The notes under the pieces were generated by a model. That model searched no databases. It saw only the letters and a list, made by a program, of their open reading frames with translations, and was not told the DNA's origin. Position numbers and translations under genes: made by a program. This document shows positions 25,098 through 40,150 of a stretch of 64,000 bases of DNA, piece by piece; the stretch's first letter is position 1, and every line of letters starts with the position of its first letter. Origin of the DNA: Octopus sinensis (lineage: Eukaryota); assembly GCF_006345805.1 (NCBI RefSeq), contig NC_042998.1:200384001-200448000 (forward strand). The letters are read 5' to 3'.

Positions 25098-25908
25098 TCC
25101 CTTCTATTTCTTCTTCCTTTTTTCTTTTTCTTCCCTACCAAGAATTCACGACGACCTCGAACACACAAGAGTGAACAAGAGAAACAGAGACAGGCAGAAA
25201 CAAGAAAAATGCTACTTGTATTTGCACACTATGTCTGGGTTCGGCTGCTCTGCATTGATAAAGGGCAAATATCCAGAAACTAATCTGCAAATGCCTGACC
25301 AGCAAGGAGAAACGGCTGACCTCTCATGTTCGAAGGTTATTATGGACAAAGGTTCATGTGTCACGTAGCTAGCAAGAGGCAATGGCCTCTTGGAGCTAAT
25401 CAACGGTAGCATTCGTCCTACATTTATGGACTACCATATTAGCTTGGTGTTAACTATTAATATCCAGTACCGCTGACGTAGTCTCCTTTACAGAGACTTA
25501 GAATAATAATATTTTCATATATATATATTATATATATATATAATATATATATATATATTATATATATATATATATAGGTACAGAGTCATTGATCTCTATT
25601 AAAACAATACTTCTGGTGTATCACTACTTCACAAGAACACAACTGCCTAAAAACATCATATATATATATATATACAGAAAATGAGCTGCCAACTATTCAC
25701 GACGGGACCGATGAAACAATTGATCAAAGTCCTGCATTATCGTTTTCTTCAGGAGATATTTCGTCCCTTGCACAACTGAACCTCTTATAATATGTGTTCA
25801 TTAGGTCAAAAGATCATAAATATTCGCATTACATGCTTGTGTGTTACATACATACACACGTAAACAAACAAACACACACACACACACACAACACACACAC
25901 ACACATAT

Positions 25909-25958
<50 letters not shown>

Positions 25959-26034
25959 ATATATCGGAGTAAACACATAATGTGAAACAAGGTGGAAAAA
26001 AGAGTACTCAATACCAGTGGTAGAGTAATATGCT

Positions 26035-26098
26035 TTATTTTAAGCAGCATAAAATTCAACAAAATCTGTTTTGTTGAATTTTATGCTGCTTAAAATAA
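26035..26098. repeat. Perfect 30-bp hairpin with 4-nt loop
   Basis: ttattttaagcagcataaaattcaacaaaa-tctg-ttttgttgaattttatgctgcttaaaataa. Confidence 0.95.
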
Positions 26099-26220
26099 GG
26101 TATATATATATATATATATATAGTTATCCGTAATAATGAAGAAATAGCTATAACCCTTTGACTGCTATTTCTAAATTCGGTATGTGGTAAGGCAATTCGT
26201 TGCTGAACCCTTATTGCTTA

Positions 26221-26255
<35 letters not shown>

Positions 26256-28312
26256 AACAGAGAGTGAAAGAAGGAAAATAGAGACTCAAATTTATTAATG
26301 TATATATCCTGCGATGTCTATGCGTGTGTCTGCTTAAACTTTGTCGCTACTTGTGCCGTTAAAGTCAACGGGTATGAATATAAATGCATAATCTATAGAA
26401 AGTTCTTCGATAGACATGTCGAATCCCTTATGCTTTAAAGAAAATGTCTGTACAACCGAAAGATTCTTTCTTCTATCATACTTGTGTCCTCGGTGAGTAG
26501 TTGAATGCCTAAATTTATTATACACTTTCAGTCTTTTAGGAACAGCTGATTCATACGTTTTTTGGTTCGATACTGCCATATATCACGACTTATTTTATCT
26601 ATTTACCTCTTTACTATCTTTTTCATTTTCATTTATCCCATTCATTGCGCTCACAGATCGATGTCTTTACTTGCCAGTCTGATGCTTTCGTTCGAAACTA
26701 CCATCTTTTCATTTAGCAAGCCAATGTTTATCATTGATAAATGTCCAAATCATCTGATTTGGTAATTTATCAAAATAATGTCTTAGCCTCCTATATCAAA
26801 TACTTCATTCCATCAATATTATACATTGATAATAATAACAATTTCAATTTTCCTCAATGAAAGACATGAAATTGTTTCCAATCTACATTTACCAAATTTA
26901 TATGGAACCAATTTCATTTGTATAGCTTTCACATAAAACGGCAAATTGCAAGGAAAATAATTCACAAATACATAAACACAATGAATCGAATAAGTATATG
27001 AAATTTCATTTCACCATTTGTCGTAGATGAACCTCAATTTCATTCGAAGAAACCAGAACATGTGAGAGAATGTCGAAATCCTTCAATGTAAGTTATTGTA
27101 TTATAGTCGTTAAGCTTAGCATTATCGTCCTATCATGTAGGTCTGAAGCCAATTTCTTGAAGTTCAGCTTATAGCTATCTTTCTTTCAACCACTACTGTG
27201 CTCATATATTCTTGCTTTAGTAATGATGGCCACTTTGCATATATACATTTTTTTTTTACTTCCGTGAACCTTTATTCAGTAAAGGGTCTGATCTAGGCTA
27301 ATAGTCTATTTGAGTGTAATTGCAATGCATGTAAGATACAGGGAATCCTTTGAACGTTGTGATTTTCTCGAGTTATTGACATTTTTCTGTGTAAGAATAA
27401 TGGAGGCTAAACATAAAACGCCTCAATCAAATAATGCAGATTGCATTCATTTCAGCTGGTTATATTCTTATAGTGTTTGAAATTACTAGCCTTTGTCACT
27501 TGAAATGACATAAGATTTGAGACCAAAAATAAAAGAAATAAAAAAAAGCGCTCTCAGCACTTAATCAACATCATCTTCAAGTAGTATCATAAAAAGTTCA
27601 GCATCATCAGGTGTAGAGCAACAACCTGATTCAGCTGTATTATTTAAGGTGTATTATATAAGGCCAACGTATGCTGTTATTTATGTATATCTTTAAACAG
27701 TTTTCAATTTCAAGGACAACTGGATGATAATTATATAACAAACGTTAGATCTGAAGGCAAGTCCAGTTTGATAATGCAAATATATATTGCTGACGCAGAA
27801 TTATACAGAGGTAATATGCTTCAAATATCAAAAGAAATAAACCATTCATCTCGTGTAGAATATGATACATTAAACAATATGTAGAAAATGAAATATGTGG
27901 ACGATTATTTGTTCAATGCCTTTATAAATTCACAAAAAATAAGGGCAGCGTTTCGTAGCTGTAATGCTACTGATGCTCAATTATCATGGAATTTTTAAAT
28001 TTCTGCAAAGAATATGATATTGGTGTCTCAGAATCAAATTGTAAAATTAAAATTTCCAAGAATTTGAAGAGTATGGTCATTGATACACTGTATATCAAGA
28101 AAATAAGATGCAAAATAATACTGGATATTAATGTCTGATTCTACAGGGAAAACTTGGTGCTAACCAAAATCAACAACTAGTTTGATTTACTCTATTGCGC
28201 GCCTAACACAGAGTTTCTTTAACATAGAATTTGTGCAAATGTTTGTATGTGATGCGTTATAAGTATGTGTGTGTGTGAGCGTGTGTATCCGTCTGTGTGT
28301 GCATATGTATAT

Positions 28313-28380
<68 letters not shown>

Positions 28381-29066
28381 ACAGAAAAAACTTCTGTTAA
28401 ACGTTTCAATAAAGAAAGATGTTATTCACACCATATAGAAAAATACTATTTAAAAAATCTTATTCTAAAAATCAATAGAGTACAATGAATAGTAAATAGT
28501 AGTAAAAAGACTACGCGCGTTTCCTTTTAAAATATATGGATTGATATTTACAATATATAATGAGAACTATAATGTTCATTATTTAGATGCTAATTTTAAT
28601 TTAGAACCAGGTTAAACCCAAACATTACATAAAATTAATAAAAAAACCTTAGATATATTAATGCTAATAGTAATCATCCACCCTCAATTAAGAAATCATT
28701 GATAAATAATATAGGTAAAAGAATATTGTTGCTGTCTTCTACTTTTGAGATTTTCCAAACCTACGCACCTTATTATAATGAAGCCTTGCAAGAGGCGGGA
28801 TATATTAATAATATTAAATTCTTTAATAATTCTAAATATGATTAAAATATAAAAGATTATAATATAAATGATTCCTATATTTTTATAATAATAAACCTAA
28901 CATTAAGAATTAGTATACGTTTTATTTAGGTAAATATGGTGTTAATAATATGTATTATGATAATACAAAATATAAATGTAATAATAGACTAATAAGATTA
29001 AATTAAAGGTCATTGGAAACACCTGTTGTGAATGAAACATTAGTCATCTGCTGTTATTTATTTATT

Positions 29067-29124
29067 AAGGCGGCAAGCTGGCACAGTCGTTAGCACGCCA
29101 GGCAGAATGCTTGGCGTTATTTCG
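29067..29124 (+). mobile_element. SINE S2 head fragment
   Basis: aaggcggcaagctggcacagtcgttagcacgcc matches 55913-55945. Confidence 0.7.
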
Positions 29125-29610
29125 TAAGTCCGGAGGAGGTGAATCTGGAGAACAGGGTAGGTGTGGAAGAGATAGCATGTTGTTTTTGGCAAGAACAGAT
29201 CCGGTCGCTTTCGCTAAATGGCCTCCCTCAGAGGCTTCAAAACTTCGCAGTAAAACTTTCGTTTTACAGTCTTGCCTTAGGCGATGAAGTCTTGATGCAC
29301 AATATCACATTTCCCGAGGAGACGTTTGTGGCAAGTCTTCCAGATCACTCTTCGACTTCAAAGGAAGTTCTTCCACTCTTGAAGAGCCCGTGCCACATGA
29401 AACATTGCGTACGAGGCTTGGCATCGTTAACGAAAGTTTTCCAAAACATACGAAATGTCTCTGTAGCAGACTTCTCAAGTTTAACTCAAAGTTTCACGTT
29501 GGCTCTTTGTACCTGTCCATGAAAGATCGCAGACTACAGCATACACGTAATCACAAAAAACGCAAATATGACTATAGAAATAGTCCGGAAACGTTTTTAT
29601 ACCCTCTTCG
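29125..29610 (-). mobile_element. Internally deleted mariner (DD34D-type) element
   Basis: TIR-like cgaagagggtataaaaacgtttccggact next to TA; N-terminal KLEKSATETF...CFMWHGLFKSGRTS joined to C-terminal LAKNNMLSLPHLPCSPDSPPPD. Confidence 0.75.
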
Positions 29611-31125
29611 TATACTTAGATGAAGTGTATTCCTTTTTATGAATTTATGCTTGCAGGAGACACAGCGTCCTGTTTTGCAGAGATTGGTGTGAATATAAAC
29701 GCTATTTCTCAATAAATGCTGACTGGAGTCCTTCTTCAATTGCTTGCAACGAAGTTTCCCCGCAAAAATATCTACGTGTCAGGTGGTGATATTAAATCGG
29801 AACACAATTAATCTGACCACGCATGAGGAATTACAACCGTGTTTCGTGGTCTGCTACCACAACAGCCCCTTTATAAGATCCAGTTAGCTCAAGGCATCAT
29901 CAGGAGGAACCACGTCCGGTTTCGGTCTCTACTCTTCTACCATTTTGGCGTGGCGTTTCTCCCTTTCTGAGGTGTCTTCAGCTCTGGTTTTTATAACGGT
30001 CCATTCGACGTGCTCCTGTGTATTTCTTCTCCCTTTAAGTCCACAATTCCACCAAGAATTTCCGCGGTTAATATTGAAAACACATGCATGAATTACCATT
30101 TCCTGACATGAAACTAGTGATAGAAAAATGAAATAAATAAATTGAGTATAGCTGAATTTTATATATCAAGATGCTATAAAATATTTACACCACTCACTCC
30201 TCGAGGTTCATTTATAATCATTGCTGACAAAATCGATTTGGCAATATCATGTGTAATATTAACTTTCATAGCCATAACTGGTTCATTTGACATCATTCAC
30301 TACACCCCGTATATTCATTCATATTGCTTATCAGCAAGAACTGTCCAGTAGCAAAACGTACAATGACACAACAATAATAATGACAACGAACACGATGATA
30401 TACAATTAACACTACTGCTTTATGTATTTAATGATTCATTACACTAAACATACGGACGGTGAAATTAAGTATTGAATAGATTCTTCGGAGCATAGATTCT
30501 TCGAAGTTGTATTAGTAAATAAATTGCTGTACATTTGGAAATTCTTTATACAGAATGTTTTGGTAGAATTTGTCGAACAATAAAGCGTTATCTGCATGAC
30601 ATTTCTACACGGGCATTTCTTACTAAAGTAAAATAAGATTCACTGCTTCCATCTGACTTCATTCGATGTTACTGAAATGAGAATATGAAGTGAATGCTCG
30701 TGATCAGCGTGGAGATAATTACTAATGGATGGGACGTGATTACTTTTCTTTAAGGAAATAATTAGATTTTGTACGTATTTCTCTCATTAATTTAGTTTTA
30801 TTCGCTCTGCGTCGACATCTGTTGATCAACATCACTATAACATTCACGATTAAACAACCTGTCTAATTTTGGCAAACCAAAGGAGTGTTTCTTTTCAACG
30901 CACAGCGGTAGGCAATTAAAGAAGGAAAGCATGGAAATGAAGAGTTGTGACACGTCGGAATCGGAAATGTCAAGGTGATACGACTCTGATGGTTCAACGT
31001 TCTGCCTATGTTACTCCGTTCATTCGAAGAATAATATTAATTATAATTAAAACAGAAATTAGGTTAGTCTGGGGTAATGTTTAGTAACTTTCAGTTAAAA
31101 TATGTATTTTTACAGAGAGAGAGAG

Positions 31126-31168
<43 letters not shown>

Positions 31169-31192
31169 TAGAGGGAGAGAGAGAGAGAGACA

Positions 31193-31233
<41 letters not shown>

Positions 31234-31734
31234 ACACACTCACATACCAAAAATATACAAATATGAAATATAAAAATTCAAAAAAATTTTCAGTCGGAAA
31301 AATGTATATAAATATGTTTTTGTTGAGATATAATACTTATATAATCGATCTGTTTTGCTTATGCTAATTGTAATTAGATAGCACGGGATAACATTATAAT
31401 TTAAAGATGTCATAATTTTCCATTTCAATGTATGAAATACCTTGCCAACTACTGTAATGAAAATCATTATGGTAACATGAACTTATATCATTATCATTAT
31501 CATGATTAGGATAATTGAATCCGGTAGACTAAGTAAATAGTTTAGGACATATAAGTATACTTATATATACATATCTATATTTTTCCAACAGAATGTCTGA
31601 GCATCTTACTTTTTAGTACATTTCACCATGTGGAACTTCTTTGCTTGAAACTTTTCACTATATATATATATATATATATATCATAGCTACACCCTCGCTA
31701 CATTACACGAGAAACGCGAAGACTTACTGAAATG

Positions 31735-31990
31735 ATTCATTACTGATGCCGTGTTGTGCCCGTATATGACTTTTTAAGCCCAGCCAAAGTTTTACACATT
31801 CTGTCACATACGGCGCAGCTGTGCTGGTTGGCAGGAGAAACAGGTGCTACCGTATGTACTCTCTTAACATGTCTTTTCGGATCTCCAAATGAGAGGCACA
31901 TCCTTGCGCCTTTTACACGTTCTGTTGCGAATTGCAATAACCACATCACTGTTTGTCATGGGTAGATTCATACGAGATATTTGATGGCCG
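31735..31990 (-). mobile_element. RTE-like LINE 3' end
   Basis: ...QFATERVK...CAVCDRMCKTLAGLK resembles the C-terminal zinc-finger tail of RTE ORFs. Confidence 0.55.
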
Positions 31991-34247
31991 AACAGACCTG
32001 CACGACTCAAACACCTCCTCTCATAAACCACACAAACATAAAGCAACACTCTCTCACTCTCCACAGGTTTGCTCCTTCTGAGCCTCCTCCAAATTCTCTC
32101 ATATTTCACTCTCTCCCTGTCAAACCCCAGACAACCACTACGCACTGTCTTTCTCCCTGCATCTGGTCTTGCGTTTCCCTCTCCCAATCACCAACTGTCT
32201 AAGCTTTTTCACAAATTTTTCAGGTCACCCTAGTTTTTTCAGGATCTCCCAAAGGGCCCCTCTATTGACGGAATGAAACGCTTTCATCAAATCAATGAAA
32301 CCCGATATTAGTTCATATCCTGTTCGATGCACTTCTCTAGCAACTGTTTAGCTGAAAATATCTTATCCATAGTACTCCTACTATCCCTAAACCTACATTG
32401 CTATTCTGGTAGAACCTCATCAGCAATGTGCAGAAGCAATCTGTCGAGCATGACCCTACAAAGGATTTTTCCAGCAACAGCTTACAGACAGATGCCGCCA
32501 TAATTATCCCAGACACTGTCCTGTTCATTGACATTTTGCAATTTGCAAAATGTTAAATACTTTTTGCTTCTCCTGTAAGAGAAGTCTCATTTCTTCGTCA
32601 TTACGTAACCGCAACTTGACTGTACACTCAACCTGCACTACAGTTCGATACGTTTAAAGTTCGATCATCTGCTATTAAATACCTCTGAACTTTGAATCCT
32701 CCTTCGCATCCACTCGGCTGTCGACACATCCCAGACTTGAGATTGAACGGACAGAAAAGATTTTTGCTACATAGTAAATATATATTTACATCTTAAAGAT
32801 AAAGTTAATAGACAAGCTATTTATAAAATTAGAACGGCATATTAGATATATAAATGTTCAGACCAGTAGGTTACTTGAGGAATAAAAGGCCTGTTTTGGT
32901 GGCAATAATAATTATTTGCTGTCCAAAGATTAAAACAGCAAGTTTCAAAGATAATAATTATAATCTACAGATAATAATTATAATCGATTGAGATCCGATT
33001 GGATTTTAATGATGTAAATTCGCAGAAACTGTTAGCTACAGATATGTATATCAAGATTAATGTGTGGATTACTGAACAGTCGAAAGTAATACTACAAACC
33101 GCAGCAAATATTTGATGTTAATATATTCTTTGAAGGCTCTTTCGATTTGTATTCGGAATTTTCGAAAGTGTATGCATTAACGTACTTAAACATATATTAC
33201 TACCTATCATATTTCATGTACGTGTATGCATACGTGTATGTAAACGTACTGACGGAATGTTTACGATTCTCCATATATAAGTAAACAACAAAACACCCGG
33301 AATACACTCAGAGACCGCAGCTAAAAATTGCATTTTCCTAAAAGTACTGGACTAGCACACTTATTGAACGTTTCTGAAAATAAACATATAAACAACTAAT
33401 ATTAACTAAACGCGGCAAAATGGAACATCTATTATATTTACGTGGTTTCATATGTATTAAGAAGTGTAAAATTGCAACGTACCAGCAGAGAAAGCTTAGG
33501 AATAAAATAATAAAAAAAAAGGGAAGAAATGATTCTGTAAAAACCCATAACTGCGATTTGAGTATCTAATGGAATGGTTCCATTTGCTCTTGATGATAGG
33601 TACAAGCAGCAGCTTGAAGATAATGGTTGTGATGAAAAATATATATATAAAATGAAATAAAAAACACGCCAAAAGATATTTGTTATAGTTGTAACACAAT
33701 GAATATATGAAGGGATGTAACGCAAATCATGGTTAGCCGCAAGGAACCTCACAAAAAGTAGTTAGCATCCTTCATTTTTTTGCAGCAAAATATATCAGTG
33801 TGGCAAAAAAATCATAATCGTATCATTACATATACACACAAACACACGAACACACACACACCCACACATACTCACATACTTTCACGCACATAAACACATA
33901 CCTATATATACATGAGTGTATGTATCTGTGTATATTACATTGAGTATGACGGAATCTGTGTGTGTATGTGTATGCGTGAATGTTTGCAAGTAATTTTACG
34001 AAGAAATTGTGTAGTTAATACAGTTTATATATGTAGTAAGTATGTATATGAATACGTACGCGCACACCCACGCAGGCGGGCACTCTCACACACATTATCA
34101 ATATTATTATTATTATTATTATTATTATATTATTATTATTATTACTATATATATACGTAAATGTATATGCATATATATATATATATAAATATATTATATA
34201 TATATTAGTACATACACACATATATATATATATAATATATATTTTTT

Positions 34248-34281
<34 letters not shown>

Positions 34282-34471
34282 ATATATATATATATATATA
34301 CACATAAACTCGCTATTGTAATGCTGCCAAGAGGTGGAAAGGTCACACTTCATTCCATCTTGTTTTATGAATCTAAGCGTAAGCCCACGCATGTGTGTAG
34401 GTTTTATATGTAGTTATATATATATATATATATATACATATATACATACGCACGCACACACACACATACAT

Positions 34472-34505
<34 letters not shown>

Positions 34506-35589
34506 GTAATATATGTTAAAGAATATTAATAAATATACTTTATATTACCTTATTAAACGTCAATCTGAAGACTACTGAATATTACTTCTGAAACTGAATA
34601 CAACTTCAGCTATGGCAGAATTGGTATTCAGTGCTCAATACTGATGGTAGATGTAGCAGATTTAAGTTGGACACCAATATCGTTGGTTCCTATTCACTGC
34701 ACACTCCGTCCTTTCATACATCTTTAACACGGCTAACTGCTCTGTTAGTATGCTAAAAGTACATATATATTTGCTACCGATACGACCTCGTATGATCATA
34801 TAATAGCGATCAAAGAAAAAAAAGACCCAGTTTTTTTTCTATATCTGCTGATACGTTTTATATATATATACGTTCACAAATCTTTTGATTTCAATTTACC
34901 CCAATTTTCCCCAAACACGCGAGTATATATTTTCATTTCTACATTTGTTTGGAAACAATTGGCTGTCAGAGAAAGAACAAATAGGAAATGGGAAATGGGA
35001 AAAGTAATGGCAACGGAATAGAAGACTACATAAATACATATATACATATACATGTATACATAAGTATATACATTCATACATACATACATACAAACATGCA
35101 TATATACACACATACATACATACATACATACATACATACATACATGCATACATACATACATACGTACGTACGTATATACATACATACAGACAGGTCAGGA
35201 CCTGCAAGGACCTGCAACAGCTAAATATACCATCATAACCCATAATTGTTTGTGGATAATCCGCGATATATGCTAAATGCTAACCCTAACCCTAACCCTT
35301 ACAATGCCAAAAAGAGATGGAGTTAAAGTTCTAAGTTGCGGTAGGAGAGGATTTTGACTAAAAGAATTGTTCGTATTAGTTCCTTGGTCGTGTAATATCG
35401 GTCCCCAAGCGAAGACGTATAACAATATCATTGTCTCTCCACTTTAAATAATAGTGATAGGAATACCTAGTCACAAATGACAATATATAATACGGAGATG
35501 CAAATAAAGATAGAGTGATCCAAGTATATTAGGTCAGATTTAGTAAATTATGGCAGTTAGTACTCTCCTCTTAAAACAAGCGGATAACC

Positions 35590-36345
35590 CACAATGCGTT
35601 TAATGCGTCAGTGCTTGCACCGATCTTTGGAAATATGCACTTGTCTGTAGGGGGAAGCCTATCTGTAGACATCAAGACACGCAACATCCCGAAATCAGTT
35701 GGAGACTTACATAGAAGAGGTAAGAGACAAAGGTTATATTTAGATATGACGAAAGAGGTAGAACCTTGAAATTAGTCTTCGTGTGTCAAATAATATCTCA
35801 CACAACGCCGCTAAACACTAGCAACAGCAATGATGTTTGCAAACAAGGGCGGAAGAGTGAAATAAATACATCGAACCAGTTTGCAGTTAGCTCTCAAGAA
35901 AGGACTCTATTCCTGATGGCCACACAACCCTAAAACTACTTAACTAAGAAACTTCAAATTAGACCTCAATCTCAAAAGTTCAGCATACTAATCAAACAGA
36001 AAAAAAAAATTATATAGGAAATATTTGCATCGACATACTGTTCGAAGAATTTGGGACGATACTAATATTGACATGAAGAGCAGTTTTTCTGTAACTTATA
36101 TCGCACATGGAGGCTATGATTTTTCAATCCAAGCGAAGGAGATGGCTACAAAATATCTAAAGAAAAAAGAGATTGTGCCTCTGTGGGAACGCCAAGAAGC
36201 AACTGAAATAGCCGGTCGTATCATATTTCTGTTGAACACATCATACGTGTTAGGTGTTCCGCGGCTGCCCCAAAATATCAAGATTCTAGCGGCCAAACAG
36301 ACATGACATTTGTGCTAAAACAATATACAATGCTATTCGTAAGAA
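35590..36345 (+). mobile_element. R4/Dong-like non-LTR fragment (post-RT and CCHC region)
   Basis: NAFNASVLAPIFG, SIQAKEMATKYL, CLCGN..VEHII..C and RHDICAKTIYNAI across broken frames. Confidence 0.65.
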
Positions 36346-36860
36346 AGACAGTCTTCAGATAAATATAGGGAATTCACCTGTTTTGATTTTACTAAATAAA
36401 CAACCATACAAGGAACAATGATAGGATATCACAACTTTTACCATTGCAATCTTCATGGGACATATATGGTTGTTTGGTAATGACAAGATAATGCATATAT
36501 CCTCACGCAGGTTAGTTGCTCTGCAAATGTAGAATAACTACGGGTTCCTGCTTGAAGCCTTAAGCTTCTATATTCATATTATAACTTTATATTTATCTGA
36601 ATAATAATTGGTGCTGTTGGTTTTGACAGTAAAGGCTGAAGTGATAATCTGAATAAGTTTTATGAAAAGAAAAAAAATCAACAAAAATACGCACGTGATA
36701 AAGACAGTATTTACATGGAACTGCAAAAACATGCAAGACCTTTGTCAAGTTCAACATGTAACATTGGTTTTTGTTACCTACATTCTAATGATGGCGTTTT
36801 GCATCTTTATTGAAAACAAGTTTCTTCGCTACAAGGAAGAATTTGATACGTGCAAACATT

Positions 36861-36909
<49 letters not shown>

Positions 36910-37139
36910 TATATATATATATAATATAATATTTATATATTAAAAAAAGGAGATGTCGAACACGAGTGGTGATATATAAAAAAGGAAATGAAGAAAATGC
37001 TGAGAAATAATTGAAGTAATTTAAGTAATTTAATTAGGTGAAAGTTATTTTTCCCGGTTGCGCATTTGTTATGCTTATCAAAATATAAACAGAGAGATTA
37101 GAGTTCCTTTCTTATTGAATTTTTCCTCTTATCTGACGG

Positions 37140-37201
<62 letters not shown>

Positions 37202-37237
37202 TATAAATATATACATATATACATATACATATATATA

Positions 37238-37268
<31 letters not shown>

Positions 37269-37727
37269 CACACCACATACATATATATATATATATTTCT
37301 ATAATAATGTATATAGTAATATAGTGTGTTTGTGTATGTATATACACAGATAAATAGGCTAACAGCGTTTTATACAGCCCACGTAAGGCTAATGTCATTC
37401 CACGCCATGCGCATCTTTTAATGATAATATAAAAATGATATGAATGGGATGTTCTAACATTACTCTGTTAAGCCAAGAGTATCAAATCTGACACATCATG
37501 TAACCTTATAATACTTCACGGTAATCTCCTAATCTTTAATCTTTTCGTTCCGACATGATCAAACGCAAATTAAATATGAACAGCTAAAAATATTAATGGC
37601 AATATTTGAAATATATATGTTCACCACAGATCAATCTGACCGAAAATTTAAAACTCAATATAATCAGAACTTTAAAAGGTTTTAATATTACCTCTATAAG
37701 TTGGTGTTGTTGTTATTATTATTATTA

Positions 37728-37795
<68 letters not shown>

Positions 37796-38020
37796 TATTA
37801 TTGTTATTATTAATGTTGTTGTTATTGCTGTGATGTTGTGATTCTTCTTCTTATTGATATCATAAAAAAATTTGATCATACCTTCAACTTATATTTTATA
37901 TCGAATTCACACAAACCACCCGGGTACACACGCATACACTCAGAGATGAATTTGTATACTGAGCGTCTGTATAATATATATATTTATATGCATGTGTGTG
38001 TATGTATGTATATATAACTG

Positions 38021-38075
<55 letters not shown>

Positions 38076-39102
38076 GTATGATATATATATATAAACATAT
38101 ATGCTTACTCTATATACATGTTATGTGTGAGTATCTCTGTCTAATATATATTTATGTATCAATGCAGCACTACAGTTATCTATCAAATTTAAATTATATA
38201 TATTTACATATCTATATATTTAAATGTCTAATTTATATCTATATATCTAAATATCCCAACATCAATAATATCGGATTCCATTGAAAATAATGAATGGCAG
38301 AGCAACATTTAAATATTTTATCTTACGACTTATTTTCCTGTTTCTATGCTGAAAGATTTCCATTTTATAGAAACATATTAAGGATGAAGGAAATTGCATA
38401 CTAAAATTTTCTTCCAAAATTTCCATTGCCAATTTATTCATTCATGTCGCCTTCTAATAACCCCACGTATTTTGTTTCACTGTAAGTTGTGGTTGTCTGA
38501 TATTATTGAAATGTTGAGAAGTGATCTAACCCAGCAGTTTTCTGAAGAAGTTCAGCATTTCAAATCTCTTTTGAAAAGAAGCCCTTTTTACATTGCATTC
38601 GAATAATGTTGCTATTTCCTTTAAAGTCACGATACAGGAGATTCTGTTCATTCAATTAACTTATGAATTCCTATCAATAAATTCAGGTAACAATGACATA
38701 ATATATGAGGGGAAAAATCACAACCATGTGTGTGTATATATATATATGTATATACACACATGTATATATGTGTGTATGTATGTATGCTTCTATATGTATG
38801 GACATATATTTGTGGGTATATGTGTGAGTATGTAATGTGTGAATACGTGTCTACATTTGTATTTACACATGCATCCACATACTAGGACACGGGAATGCAG
38901 ATCCACATATCTATTTTCCAAGTATTAATCATTCATTCACACGTTCTTTCTTTTTTGATATACGCCTTACTCTGTGTGTGTGTGTGTGTGGTGTGTGTGT
39001 GTCTGTGTGGTCATATCCATGTGTATATATAGACATACCATACACAAATATACGTATACACATGTAAGTACATATTTGTATTAACTGTTTGTATACATGT
39101 GA

Positions 39103-39143
<41 letters not shown>

Positions 39144-39207
39144 TATATATACATATATATATATACATATATATATGCATATTTTGTATATAATATATGC
39201 GTATATA

Positions 39208-39247
<40 letters not shown>

Positions 39248-39307
39248 TATATATACATATATTATACTATATATATGCATATTTATGTATATATATATGC
39301 GTATATA

Positions 39308-39353
<46 letters not shown>

Positions 39354-39519
39354 GTGTGTGTGTGTGTGTGTGTGGGTGTGTGTGTGTGTGTGCACATTTA
39401 TACAACAGTTAATAAACAAATAAATGTAATTCCATGCGTATACGTATACTTGTGGATGCATAGGTCTACATATACATAGATGTATATATGTTTGTATATC
39501 TATCTTTCTATCTATCTAT

Positions 39520-39585
<66 letters not shown>

Positions 39586-40040
39586 TATATATATTGTGTG
39601 GTGTGTGTGCTTTAGTGTCTTTTTTGTGCGTAGCTTGAATCAAGATTTATGGTTGTTTATTTGGGTTAATATATTAAATATACTGATATCAATATAGCAT
39701 TACGTTAACATTTTATTATCTGTGTCATTTAATACATTCGTTATTATCGTTAATTTCTAAAATGTCTAAGCACAAATTGATATTCATTGGGCTCCCTTCT
39801 TAACTATGTTTGAGATGCAGTTAGAAACCTACATTTTGCTAGGTTTACCCAGCATAATTAGACATAGATGAAAAGCGGAAGTTATTCCATATGCATTTTA
39901 TACATACATTTTTCTATCTGTTTATCTATTTATCTATCTATCTACCAATATATATATATATATATAATATATAATATGTGTGTGGTGTCTGTGTGTGTGT
40001 ATATAGATATAGATATATATATACTATATATATACATACA

Positions 40041-40086
<46 letters not shown>

Positions 40087-40150
40087 GTATATCTTTATAT
40101 ATATCATATATATATATTATATATATATATATAATATATATATATATATT

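Noticed and set aside
27560-27660. Short minus-strand open stretch (NNTAESGCCSTPDDAELFMILLEDDVD)
   Set aside because: Bounded by stops with no convincing splice acceptor or known motif.
35280-35298. Telomere-like (TAACCC)3
   Set aside because: Only three units, which is common by chance or within repeats; no subtelomeric context.
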